Below the pieces are notes generated by a model. It worked only from the letters and a program-made list of their open reading frames with translations. It had not been told where the DNA came from and did no database searches. A stretch of 63,118 nt of DNA, counting the filler, from Licmophora abbreviata (taxonomy: Eukaryota): NCBI GenBank assembly GCA_900291995.1. It is 6 parts of 6 records of this genome, joined end to end, with 100 filler letters (N's around TTAATTAATTAA, not from the genome) between each part and the next. Parts side by side here need not be neighbours in the genome. Positions count along the whole stretch, not along the records: positions 43,534 to 50,109 come from OLMU01004850.1; positions 50,210 to 60,794 come from OLMU01004851.1; 4 more parts are not named here. One strand, given 5' to 3'. The translations under genes were made by a program, and so were the position numbers. Of the stretch, positions 49,048 to 59,226 are shown one piece after another (the stretch's first letter is position 1; the number at the start of each line of letters is the position of its first letter).

Positions 49048-49722
49048 TCAAGGCCCATCCTCGATGACGATTGCTCCTGCATCCTGTAGCATTGGAATCA
49101 GCTTGCCCTGGAATGCCAAAGCCATCAAACCAGGTTTGTCGTCACTAACTCCCGCATCGAAACCTCCCACATAGGAGCCTCCAATCCAACAGCTCGGCAC
49201 CGAGCTCTTCCCCGTGAGCTTCCCTAGCTCTGCTCGCATTTGATTGCCCTCATCCCAATTCTCGTCGAGAGGAACGATCTTGTAGTCGATGATATTCGGA
49301 ACCATGTCGAGTGCTTCCAACGCACTCTTGCAGGACGGAGAGGTCTTCCAGAGGAAGACCACCATCGGTGCGGACTGCGACAGCTCCAGCACCTTGGTCC
49401 GAACTGACTCCCTGTCATACTCGCCAGCAATTACGCTCGTCAAGGTGACTTTCAAATTCTCCCCCCGTTGGCTCGATTCTTGTGCGATGCGGGCTCGAGA
49501 CTGAATCGACTCGACGAGCGACTCGAACATGTGATCCAGCGAGCGGTCGTTCTTGTTGTTGTTGCTGGGTTCCATCGCAAACAGAGGATGGCGACTGTGA
49601 CGCGTGCTGGTTGGCGGGAGGAAGGCAGCATCGTGAACTCTTCGGCTCTCGGACACAGCTGCGAGTAGTAGTAGTAGTAGACCTAGTACTAGTGTTACTA
49701 GTTGTGATGCAATGACGTTCAT
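49048..49722 (-). CDS. Glutaredoxin-like protein with signal/transit peptide
   Basis: 'VVF...SPSCK', 'LGKLTGKSSVPSCWIGGSYVGG' and 'GKLIPML..AGA'. Confidence 0.8.
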   Translation of the reverse strand: MNVIASQLVTLVLGLLLLLLAAVSESRRVHDAAFLPPTSTRHSRHPLFAMEPSNNNKNDRSLDHMFESLVESIQSRARIAQESSQRGENLKVTLTSVIAGEYDRESVRTKVLELSQSAPMVVFLWKTSPSCKSALEALDMVPNIIDYKIVPLDENWDEGNQMRAELGKLTGKSSVPSCWIGGSYVGGFDAGVSDDKPGLMALAFQGKLIPMLQDAGAIVIEDGP

Positions 49723-49890
49723 TCTGTTGGAGGACACCACAAGACAGGTCGATTCATTCACGCTGACTTCTCTAAGAAAACAATGGCGCTGGTGACCATG
49801 GAACGCTTGGCCAGACAATGATGATGGTCCGAACAACGGCTCCCAACACAGTGACGACGACGAGACTGTATCATACATACATTGCCGCGC

Positions 49891-49929
49891 CAATTTTGAA
49901 TTCCAATTTTGAATTCCAATTTTGAATTT
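49891..49929. repeat. Three tandem 13-nt units CAATTTTGAATT(C/T)
   Basis: Read directly from the sequence. Confidence 0.85.
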
Positions 49930-49935
49930 TGGGAT

Positions 49936-50109
49936 GTCAGGAACTTTACTACGAAGTATCATACGTAAGTGTATCATACTGAATCGAAATACTCGTACGT
50001 AGATAGATCGAGGTTCCTAGAGAAAAATGAAACATCAGCTAGACCTATCGTACTTCTACGAGCGGCCAACTTGCTCTTTCGACAGAATATAATAATAATA
50101 CTACAGTGT
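49936..50109. repeat. Dispersed repeat, copy 1 (copy 2 at 60661-60794)
   Basis: Core of about 110 nt with 4 substitutions relative to copy 2; both copies end in AGTGT at a contig end. Confidence 0.9.
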
Positions 50110-50209
50110 NNNNNNNNNNNNNNNNNNNNNNNNNNNNNNNNNNNNNNNNNNNNTTAATTAATTAANNNNNNNNNNNNNNNNNNNNNNNNNNNNNNNNNNN
50201 NNNNNNNNN
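50110..50209. other. Artificial contig spacer
   Basis: N44-TTAATTAATTAA-N44. Confidence 0.97.
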
Positions 50210-50623
50210 ATCATCATTGTGCAATTTTGGACGAATTTTGAATTTTCGATTTTTGACGAGTAGAGTAATGCGCCTACCAGTACACCAGTACCGTCGCATT
50301 GGTATGTTTGATTGGAATGATTCATCAAAAGTCAGTATGTGACTAGCCTTCTCCTTTCTAAGTTCTTTATGTGTCCCTGCTAAAGATGGGTTTATGCCGT
50401 TAGCTCTTGTCTTAGTCACCTGCTCTTGCACTACGTATTTCTAACTAAAACTGATACCAGGGTGCGTCTCCATCGACAGTCACTCTTCGTGGTCATGCCA
50501 TTGCTTGTGCTGGTTGTATGTATTGGCAGCAGTGGTAGCCTTTATGTTGGATAGTATCCTAGATTGATACATTCGATTCGCGTCCCTTTGTCATACTAGA
50601 ACAATACTCTCTTGTAATACTCT

Positions 50624-51225
50624 TTACAAACAAAAGAGTGGAAGAATAAAGAGGAGTGGCAAGAGCAGTGGGACAATCAAGAGTGATAGTCCACACGTGC
50701 ACGTCGATCCAATCATGGCCATGACAATTATGCACAGAATCGACAGGGAAACCATGAAGCAACCCCCGTGTTGACGGGGAGACACGTGGATGGTTATGTG
50801 CTGACACGGTGTTGCTGGAATGACACCATAGTCGGACAAGCAAAGAGCAGAGTCCGTATCCAAGACTTTGGCATTCCAAATCCAGACGGTATCGTGCATG
50901 CCAGTAGGCAGCTGCTGCTTCTTGGACATCTGGACAATGGTCGCCGTGAGGCGAGTCTTGATCGAGACAATGTCTTCCGTATATGGATTCACCTGGAGGC
51001 AGTAGGTCTACGGGACAAAGGCAAATACGAGCAGGCGGCGGTTAAGAGACATCACAGTTCCTTCGAATCGAGAACAAAATCATCGTGTTTGTACGCGCGC
51101 ACCTGTCCACTCGCGAATCGAAAACACACATTCGTCCAAGATTCCTCCGCGTTCTGGATACAGTCATCAGGCTGCTCTCTTGTTCGGGGAGCGGCAGAGA
51201 GGAAACGAGAGCGAACGACGGCCAT
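50624..51225 (-). CDS. Ubiquitin-like domain protein with C-terminal TM helices, paralog B; 2 exons
   Basis: 'FRFASGQ', intron, 'TYCLQVNPYTEDIVSIKTRL...VWIWNAKVL...LSDYGV...ITIHV', then two hydrophobic segments. Confidence 0.6.
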
Positions 51226-51648
51226 GGTGAGTGAATGATAGTGAGAACTGTTCGACAAAAATGGCGCGGCATGAAGAAGCATCGTCATCGGTTAAGAACA
51301 TGTCAATGCGAGGTTCGAACTCCATTAAGTATCTGTCTGTGTTTCGTCCCGGCAAAATGAGGTCATCCCAAGGCGGAGTCTCACGACTTGACTCACGAAT
51401 TCTTCGTGATGTCTCCGGAGTTTGTGGGTGGAGTAGGGGTGCAACTGTAAGAGCAAAAGTAGTAGATAGCGTGAGTTCGAATGGACGCAGCATCAGTCCA
51501 CCTGATTGACGGTTGTTCAATGAGAGAGAGATTGGAGCAGAGTTCTCGTCGTGTCTATCATACTGTCAAGTGACGATACGTTCATGATTCATCATTCATT
51601 CTTTCTATAGAGATTTACAATGCAGGGTGCAGCAGGTCTTTTTTTCCA

Positions 51649-52273
51649 TTACTTGTCCGAAAACACCAATAGCAATGGCAATAGCAATGGTACAATCCAT
51701 GCCGAGAGCGATGGTTCTGCGTAGTACATGCGTGCAATGACATACAGGAGTGCCAGAGCCGGGAGGAGGACCATGCTGCTTTCAGAGCTGGCGTTTTTGC
51801 CACACAGTACCACGTGAATATTAATGGGAGTGCTGTTGACGCCATAGTCGCTCAATGTAACATCCTCTTTGGACAAGACTTGGTTGTTCCAGACCCAAAC
51901 GGTATTGTCCAGAGCATCAGTCTTGGAAGTAGTAGCATCCGTGATGTCCTCCGTCATTTCGCCGTCTGACTGCATGAGGGTGTAGAGACGAGTCTTTAGG
52001 GTTCGAATGTCTTCCTTGAGCGGATTCACTCGAAGGCAGTATGTCTGTGAGAAGAAAGCGAAAGAAAGTGTCAGGCATGTTTGGCACGATTGTCGTCATT
52101 TTTTTGGCTTGACACTGTATGAGACTCACCTGTCCATTCGTGAGTCCGACAAAGACCGTAATGACTTCGGTGGAGTCGCTTCCTTCCTTCGTACTGATCA
52201 GAGGACGCTCCTCCAAGGGAGCAGCAGAGAGGACGCGGGGGCTGTCGGGGGCGGTGATGGAAGAGTCGGTCAT
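51649..52273 (-). CDS. Ubiquitin-like domain protein with C-terminal TM helices, paralog A; 2 exons
   Basis: 'VFVGLTNGQ', intron, 'TYCLRVNPLKEDIRTLKTRL...VWVWNNQVL...TLSDYGV...INIHVV', then two hydrophobic segments. Confidence 0.65.
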
Positions 52274-52594
52274 CGTGATACGGAGTGTGTTTCTTGAAAA
52301 TTGTGCTGACACCTGTCGGCGAGATGAGTTTTGTGAGAGTTTGTGAACTTGATGCAAGCTCGTCGGGAATTGGGACTCACCACTTCAATCGTGACAAATC
52401 AATCGTTCGTGGCAAACAAATCAGTACTAGTTCCTACGTAGCATTCTACCTATATTGCCAGAACCGCTGAGGATTGGTTCACATCCTTCACAGGAACAGT
52501 GTGGAAGGGATCCGGCGGGATTCTGAACTCGAAGAAGCACGACTGGCTAGTCGAGCGAGTCGATTCTCATGTCTCTCCGTCGCACGACTTTAAC

Positions 52595-52623
52595 ATTCGA
52601 AATTCGAAATTCGAAATTCGAAA
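52595..52623. repeat. (ATTCGAA)4 tandem array between divergent genes
   Basis: Read directly from the sequence. Confidence 0.85.
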
Positions 52624-52782
52624 CTGGGTGGTGAACTTTGAACTTTTCAGATGAACCATGACGACGAGGACTACATGATACCAGGTAGACCTACACAGCC
52701 ACCGGCATCGTGGTATTGTGGACAAAAATGATTGCTAGAGGAGCGTCGGTCGTGTGGGTCTGACTTTTGGATCTCTTTGACC

Positions 52783-55602
52783 ATGGCGTTTCCACGCCCT
52801 CCTTCATTGAAATCTGCCAACGTAGAGGACCTCATTTTGTACTTTTATGCCACTCCGTACGGTGAGGAATCCACAGATTTCCTTGTGTCGTCCCTCCAAA
52901 GAGAGCACTACGACGCTCTGCCTTGGAATGTGCAGTGGCGTCTGTGGTGTCGACGCTCCTCGCTACAAGGAGCGATCGCTCACATTCAAAACGAACAACG
53001 AAGCTTTCCATTGGAACCCCTCATGGCGCAGCTGCAGGCATGTTTGCTCTCTCAGAAAAAACAACATCACAGTGACCACGACGACAATCATGACTTGTTT
53101 CCACTCCTTCCCGTGCGTTTCGACCAGTTTGCCTGGCAGAACGATTGCATGCTGAGAGAGTGGAATCGCGTCACACACTACCATGTGTTGCGTGACTTGC
53201 AACGCTGTTCGTCGCTATTGTCACGCGAGCAGCAACGGGACGCGACGTACATTGTCTCGTGTATTCAGGAACTCATGGGCAATAATAAAACGGATAATAC
53301 TAGTGGGGTGTCGTGGGAAGTTAGGCTGGAGACACAGGAAAAGACAGTGCCTCTGCCTCGAGCGACGCTCACATTGGACGAAATCATGGCAGAGAGGGAA
53401 CGAGAAACGTATGAATCTGGGGATGAGGCAACCACATTGCCGACGTTAATTTCTCCCCAATTTCAGGCCTATGTCCAGTCCAAAATGGAAGAGGGCCGAA
53501 GGGACAATAACCAGTCGATGCGACTCCAGCTGTGCACACTATGGAACACGATTGGTCGTGCCCCCCGAGGCCCCACGGCTGCGAAAGTACTTGACAAGTT
53601 GCGTTCTCTGTCCGTACCACAGCGGCATTCCCTGTTGAGCTGCGTCGTAAACAAGGGGCGCTCTGATCCGCCCAACTCTGATAGTACGCGTGTGACTGCA
53701 CGCCGGGGGCACGCTTGGATGGTGGCTAGTCTTGTGGAAGGTAGTGGCGGATCATCGTCGCTTGACTTGAACACGGCAAAAATACCGTTCGCTCCGTTGC
53801 CGCACGAGATCTTGTTCTACGCGTCATCGGATCAACAAACGTCGCTACTGACAAAGACACAGACCTATCTACAGACAGTGTCATGTCCAAACATCAGTCG
53901 TGTTGTGATGGTGTTGTGGGGGCATCTCGTACGTCGTGCGCCGGACAAAACCAACGACGATATTCTTTCGGTGGTTCGTGCATGCCGGGAATGGCTGCCG
54001 GCGACACATGCCATGACGAAGCTGTATCGGTCGATGTTGTGCAATTGTTTTGAAAACACCATGGGATGGCAGAAGCATGAGGAAGTACAGCTGGTTTGCT
54101 CATCTGCCACTGAGTTTGTGAGCGCGCTAGTGGGGGAAGAGAGTTCAGATACTTGGGGTAGGATTTTCGATCGACAGTTTTGTACTGACGTTTTGCTTCC
54201 TTTGCGACAGAGATTGTGCATGGCGATTTGTACAAACGAAAAGAATGAGAAGAATGCTGCAGTGTCTCAAAGCAGACTTCTCCTCTTGATTTTGAAGCGT
54301 CTGTTGATGGACAACACAGCACGTCGACAAAGCATTCTGCGGTCGAGCCCACACGTGGCCTGGGTCTTGCATCTGTTTGGGGAGCTTCCTGTCTCGCGGG
54401 AAGGCGTAAATCTAGCGGTATGTGGTGACGAAAATATTGGATTGCATATGAAACAGCTCTTTGAACTGTCTTGTGACAGTTTCGCGCTCGAGTCGATGCA
54501 AGAAGAAGGCATCTACAATTTGGAAAACGGTCCTTCAGCCGCCTTGCTGCCTCGACTGCATGATTTTGTTTCATCGATACTAAGTGTATCCGAATCGATG
54601 GAAGATTCAGAGTGCAGTTTGTCTTGGACAAGGCACGTGTCTCACCTTGAGTTCCCCAGATACCACAACGAAGCAATACATTCTCAATGGATAGAAATGC
54701 TTGTAATGACAACGAGAGGCCCATCCCAGGCCACACAGTCACTACATCAGCAAGTCTGTCGACGTTACTGGGGATCGGAAGGGAGATGCTCTAGCGACCG
54801 TATCCAGTCACTTGCAGAGTTGTTGCTGCAGAGTTCGTCTTGTTCAAAGGCTGGCTCAGCCAACACACCACGGGATGTTGCGCTGGCAAGGCTCATACAA
54901 TGCACTCCTCCGGATTGTTTATTTGCACATTGTTCTCCAGGAAAGATTGTATCTATCCTGACGAACCTGCTGGTATGGGCTGGATGCGACCGTGTCGAAG
55001 CCGCTTCCGTCATTTTGAGTGGTGTTGTTGTATGTCTGTTCCGAGGACAAACAGAAGATTCGATTCGAGACCAGTGCTATCGTGAGCTGTATGACTTCCT
55101 GAAGCCAGATGTCCCCGACATGCTCTCAGTGGCCCGATCTTCCTTTGACCGGATATCCTCTCGTGTCAACCAGGAGTTGATCGAGTGCGATTGCTTGGAC
55201 GGCTCGAGCTGGTGGAGAGCTTTCTGCACCGTCGTGGAAGGATGCGAGTTTCCACCAACCGACCCGAAAGATGACACGCCGGAGATTTATTTGGAAGAGG
55301 TGGACCAGCATTTTGGTGGAGAGATTGGGAACAGCGTGTCATTGGTAGGTCTCAAACGAAGTCGACCCAAGAGTCCTATCGCCATTGAGGAACGAACGTC
55401 GCGACGTATTCGCGCGTCCGTCGACACTGTGATTTTGCAGGTTTGGGGAGAAGTTCCCAAAGATAGTGCCGATAGGAAGTGCGAATTGGATTCAAAAGCT
55501 GGTCTGACACCGAATTTGAAGGAGGTGGTCGCCGAGGAGGGAAATAGTGAGGATCACTACGAGGACTACGATGAAGACAACGATACAATCTTGCTACTTT
55601 GA
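52783..55602 (+). CDS. Large hypothetical, probably alpha-helical protein (about 940 aa)
   Basis: Uninterrupted Leu/Cys-rich ORF; no family recognised; 5' end uncertain. Confidence 0.7.
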   Translation: MAFPRPPSLKSANVEDLILYFYATPYGEESTDFLVSSLQREHYDALPWNVQWRLWCRRSSLQGAIAHIQNEQRSFPLEPLMAQLQACLLSQKKQHHSDHDDNHDLFPLLPVRFDQFAWQNDCMLREWNRVTHYHVLRDLQRCSSLLSREQQRDATYIVSCIQELMGNNKTDNTSGVSWEVRLETQEKTVPLPRATLTLDEIMAERERETYESGDEATTLPTLISPQFQAYVQSKMEEGRRDNNQSMRLQLCTLWNTIGRAPRGPTAAKVLDKLRSLSVPQRHSLLSCVVNKGRSDPPNSDSTRVTARRGHAWMVASLVEGSGGSSSLDLNTAKIPFAPLPHEILFYASSDQQTSLLTKTQTYLQTVSCPNISRVVMVLWGHLVRRAPDKTNDDILSVVRACREWLPATHAMTKLYRSMLCNCFENTMGWQKHEEVQLVCSSATEFVSALVGEESSDTWGRIFDRQFCTDVLLPLRQRLCMAICTNEKNEKNAAVSQSRLLLLILKRLLMDNTARRQSILRSSPHVAWVLHLFGELPVSREGVNLAVCGDENIGLHMKQLFELSCDSFALESMQEEGIYNLENGPSAALLPRLHDFVSSILSVSESMEDSECSLSWTRHVSHLEFPRYHNEAIHSQWIEMLVMTTRGPSQATQSLHQQVCRRYWGSEGRCSSDRIQSLAELLLQSSSCSKAGSANTPRDVALARLIQCTPPDCLFAHCSPGKIVSILTNLLVWAGCDRVEAASVILSGVVVCLFRGQTEDSIRDQCYRELYDFLKPDVPDMLSVARSSFDRISSRVNQELIECDCLDGSSWWRAFCTVVEGCEFPPTDPKDDTPEIYLEEVDQHFGGEIGNSVSLVGLKRSRPKSPIAIEERTSRRIRASVDTVILQVWGEVPKDSADRKCELDSKAGLTPNLKEVVAEEGNSEDHYEDYDEDNDTILLL

Positions 55603-55967
55603 ACGCATGCGCTTCTAGAAATATTTCAGACTTGACCAGTGCGCAGGCATAGCGCATGCCTCAATTGCTCTATTCGAAGACGTCTATGTAGTCGACCTAG
55701 GAAGCAATATCGCTTGGAGCGTAACGCTGCACCCTCAAAGGCCCACAGAGTAAGAGTTTGGCGGCATGCAAATACCGATATCAGATATCACGGCTAGCAA
55801 ACTCGCCCGACTCGGCTCATTCGAGACGAACAGAGAAAACCCGGAGGTAGATCTCGTCGCAACCTGTGATGAGGTGAACCGAACACAACGCATGTAACAA
55901 AAGAGGACGCGCGGTCCTTTCCTTCCTTCTCTATTGTCCTAGCTTGTCCGCTAAGCAATAGTCGTGT

Positions 55968-56486
55968 ATGATGAACCCTCCTTTCCGGGAAAGCAAGCGC
56001 CAGAAGCAAGAAAATCGCCAGAGACAAGGCATTTCGTCCCAGGACATTTTACGGGCCACTACCAGTACGCTTCCATCCCAAAGCAGCTCTGCAGTAGCAG
56101 TACAGCTTTCCAACGGTGCCTTAGAGGGTCTCCGCATGTGTCATGAGGCTTTCCTAAGTCTAGTGGCATCCGAACTAGCAGCACAGCATGAACGAAACGA
56201 AGAAGCCTCGTCCAAGACATCGACTGCCGCACAGACGCCACAGCATGTCGTGTCGTGCCTCGAACGCTTGAACATACTTTCCCAAGGCAAGCTGCAGCAA
56301 CTCTTGCAACAGAATCAGAGCTTGCGAGTGGAGAAGGCTGTGCCAGGTAGAAAATCGAAAAAGCGCAAGCACCCAGCAGTGACGCAGGAAATGCTGGACG
56401 AGCAAGAACGACTCCTGGCCCGGTCTCGGCAGCAAGCATTACTTCGTCAGGGGAAGACAGAAGAGGCCAAAGTTGCAACTAGATAA
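55968..56486 (+). CDS. NC2-beta/Dr1-like histone-fold protein
   Basis: 'CHEAFLSLVASE', 'TPQHVVSCLERL' and C-terminal 'TQEMLDEQERLLARSR' resemble Dr1 motifs. Confidence 0.6.
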   Translation: MMNPPFRESKRQKQENRQRQGISSQDILRATTSTLPSQSSSAVAVQLSNGALEGLRMCHEAFLSLVASELAAQHERNEEASSKTSTAAQTPQHVVSCLERLNILSQGKLQQLLQQNQSLRVEKAVPGRKSKKRKHPAVTQEMLDEQERLLARSRQQALLRQGKTEEAKVATR

Positions 56487-56545
56487 TGTCGCTGAGCTAT
56501 TAAAAAATTGTTGCCATCCGTATCGTCGTCTGGATGTATTCGTCA

Positions 56546-57358
56546 TCAGACTGCAGTACTACTAGTAGAATTTTCTTGTTCGGGGTGTCGTTTCTTGGAT
56601 GCCAAAAAGACCAAGGCTTCCGGGACAAGAATGAAGAGCGTGGCTAGAATATACTCCTCTGGCGCCACTTGTGTCGTAATATGATGACAACAGAGGAGAT
56701 TCATGATGAAAAAGACCCACCCTCCGAGACCAATGGCAGCCGCAACGAAGACTCGTACCCCCGTTTCGACCAACACCACCATCCAGAGACAGCTCACCAC
56801 GAAGCACACTGCGGCGGCAGCGGGATACGTGAGCCATTCCAAAGATCGAGTGTCGAACTGAAGAAGGGAGAGTATCACAGCAAAGCTGGTAGTGGCCTGG
56901 CCCACGGCGACAAGTCCGCATCGTCCCCACGAGGCCGAGGCGAAGGAAAGACCGAGCTCGAGTGCGACGAACAGAGTCAGGCTGACGAGCGCCACTCGAG
57001 CCCAGGGGTAGGTCGTCCCCTTGGTGACAGCCAGGGTGAGAGAGGCGGCGATACCCGCAACGGCGATGGCCTCCAGGATGTTGTGATAGGGATGGATGAG
57101 GGATTGGACTGTCTCGATGAAAGTAAAGGGTGAGGCAACCAAGAGGATAGTCATGTACTGCAGCACAAGAAGGGCAAACACTCGTCTCATGAATTCCATG
57201 CCCCTTTCGGATTCAGATTCAATCGAGGACTCCAACAGCGCATGTACAGTCATTTCTTTTGCAGATCCCCCGGTGCTGGTGGCGACCACGACGTCTTTAC
57301 CATCCGCTGCTGATGCGGCGCCGAGCAGCGGATCGCTTTCCTTGTTGCTGATGGCCAT
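56546..57358 (-). CDS. TMBIM/Bax inhibitor-1 (Lifeguard)-like membrane protein, paralog A
   Basis: 'EFMRRVFALLVLQ', about 7 TM segments and 'PEEYILATL'. Confidence 0.7.
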   Translation of the reverse strand: MAISNKESDPLLGAASAADGKDVVVATSTGGSAKEMTVHALLESSIESESERGMEFMRRVFALLVLQYMTILLVASPFTFIETVQSLIHPYHNILEAIAVAGIAASLTLAVTKGTTYPWARVALVSLTLFVALELGLSFASASWGRCGLVAVGQATTSFAVILSLLQFDTRSLEWLTYPAAAAVCFVVSCLWMVVLVETGVRVFVAAAIGLGGWVFFIMNLLCCHHITTQVAPEEYILATLFILVPEALVFLASKKRHPEQENSTSSTAV

Positions 57359-57945
57359 TGCTTGATTCCGATCGCCTTGTTCGATCAACACCACAATGAG
57401 ATTGAGTGATAGCTTCCTATCCTGAACAAGCGGATCATGAAAGAAACGCCGCGGATCTTTGCTCTTCTCTCATCATCATTGTCGACGCATAATGGTCAAT
57501 GTTGAATGTGTACCGGTTTCCAGAATTTTCCGGTACGTACAAGTACGGTTGACAAATTCGAGCGGTCGACAGATCTCTTCGACTCAATAGACGCAAGCCC
57601 GGATTCCGGATTCCTGAAGGGAATACTTGGACGGAGTGTTTGATGGCGCGCTGCTCGTCCAAACTTGATGGGTTTGCCTCGTCCTTGTCTCAGTATTTCA
57701 TACGAGATGGTACATGAGCAGTCTACCGACGGCACTGGTGTAAGGCGCCTGTGTGCTGAGCCTCTCATCTTTAAAACGGACAATCAAATGTGGATGGGGG
57801 TGTGGTGTGTGCCATAGCTACTACTAGAGGTAGCAGCAGCCATGCCGTATTACCCAAAAATTCGGATGAGTGTAAGTATATTCTTCAATATTCATAGCTA
57901 GCGGCTACGTTGTATGTACTCCTTCTGAATACACATCTTTCAATT

Positions 57946-58806
57946 TCATACCATGGCACCGCTCTCGTCACGTTCGGAAACTCCCCCTTCCTCTATATCC
58001 GTAGCATGAAGCCCATTGTCGTTCCCCAAACAGAGGAAAGATTCCGGGACCAGTACAACAAAAGTTGCAAGAATGTACTGCTCTGGCGCGAATCGAGTTG
58101 TAATATGGTAACAGTAACGCAGGGCCAGGAAATCAATGGCCCATGTAAGTAGACCAATGAGCACGGCACCATGGAAGGTAATCCCCGTGTGCATCAGGAA
58201 TATTATCGAGCTGCAGCATCCGACGGAAGCCACACAGGTAACTTTGCCATTCGAGAGGCACTCCGACGGACGGGTCTGAAACTGAAACGAAGCCAGTACC
58301 GTGGCATAGATGGCTGTGATCTGACCCAAGGCAATAAATCCAATATTTGTCCATGGAGCATCGGCTATCGCAATCGTGATCCCAAGCTCGACCGCCACAG
58401 ACAACGTCAAGAAGAGGAAGGCAGAACGTGCCCAATGCCGGCGAAGTCTCTTGGCACAAGCCATGAAGAGGGATGAGACAAATGCCACCTCTGCCATAGC
58501 GAGAAGAAAATCAGAGTCAGACACTTCTATTCGGTGAGAAGAACTTTCGATGAGAGTGAAGAGAGAGGCGAAAAGGAGAATAGTCGCGTAGTGAAGAACT
58601 AAAAGGCCGAACAACCTTCGCATGAAAGCCATACCCTTGTCCACTTCGGTTGCCTTCGATGATTCCAGAAGGTCGTACACGCTTGTTCGGCTTGTGCGAG
58701 ATACATTGGTGTCTCTTACGAAAATGATATCGGATGAGGTTTCAGGGCCGATGGAAGGGTCTTTGCATGTTCTTTCATCTCTTGTGCGGACCGTGGCCGT
58801 CGTCAT
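57946..58806 (-). CDS. TMBIM/Bax inhibitor-1-like membrane protein, paralog B
   Basis: 'AFMRRLFGLLVLH' and 'PEQYILATF'; colinear with paralog A. Confidence 0.65.
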   Translation of the reverse strand: MTTATVRTRDERTCKDPSIGPETSSDIIFVRDTNVSRTSRTSVYDLLESSKATEVDKGMAFMRRLFGLLVLHYATILLFASLFTLIESSSHRIEVSDSDFLLAMAEVAFVSSLFMACAKRLRRHWARSAFLFLTLSVAVELGITIAIADAPWTNIGFIALGQITAIYATVLASFQFQTRPSECLSNGKVTCVASVGCCSSIIFLMHTGITFHGAVLIGLLTWAIDFLALRYCYHITTRFAPEQYILATFVVLVPESFLCLGNDNGLHATDIEEGGVSERDESGAMV

Positions 58807-59226
58807 TCTTGACGATTTGCCTATCGTTCTTCACGATGCGTAGCCTTGAGTCGACGGCCTTGAGAAGACAGCGGGAAGGCGAAGGCTTCAGATCCCTTTT
58901 GACATCCACTTTTGCTGCTGCTGATGATGATGATGAGTGGTGCTACAAAGAGCTACGTTCGCTAGAAGCGAGACTGAGTTCACGGTTCACGGGGTTCACG
59001 GAAAAGAAGTCGCTGAAAACGTCTTCTACGATGGCGTCCGGTACGAGCTCAAACGAGATCGTGAACCTCCATTCCCGTGTGTATGATATGAAATCTCGTA
59101 GAGCGGTACGCGATTGCATCAGCAAAAAGGTTCGCAACATGCGGCTATGCTAATACCGCCGTTGACACTACCAACCTACTTGAAACTAACACGATGTCTA
59201 TGTTGAATGACTCAGACAGACAGGAG

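Noticed and set aside
49891..52623. CRISPR-like array
   Set aside because: Units are 7-13 nt with no spacers, in a eukaryotic context without cas genes.
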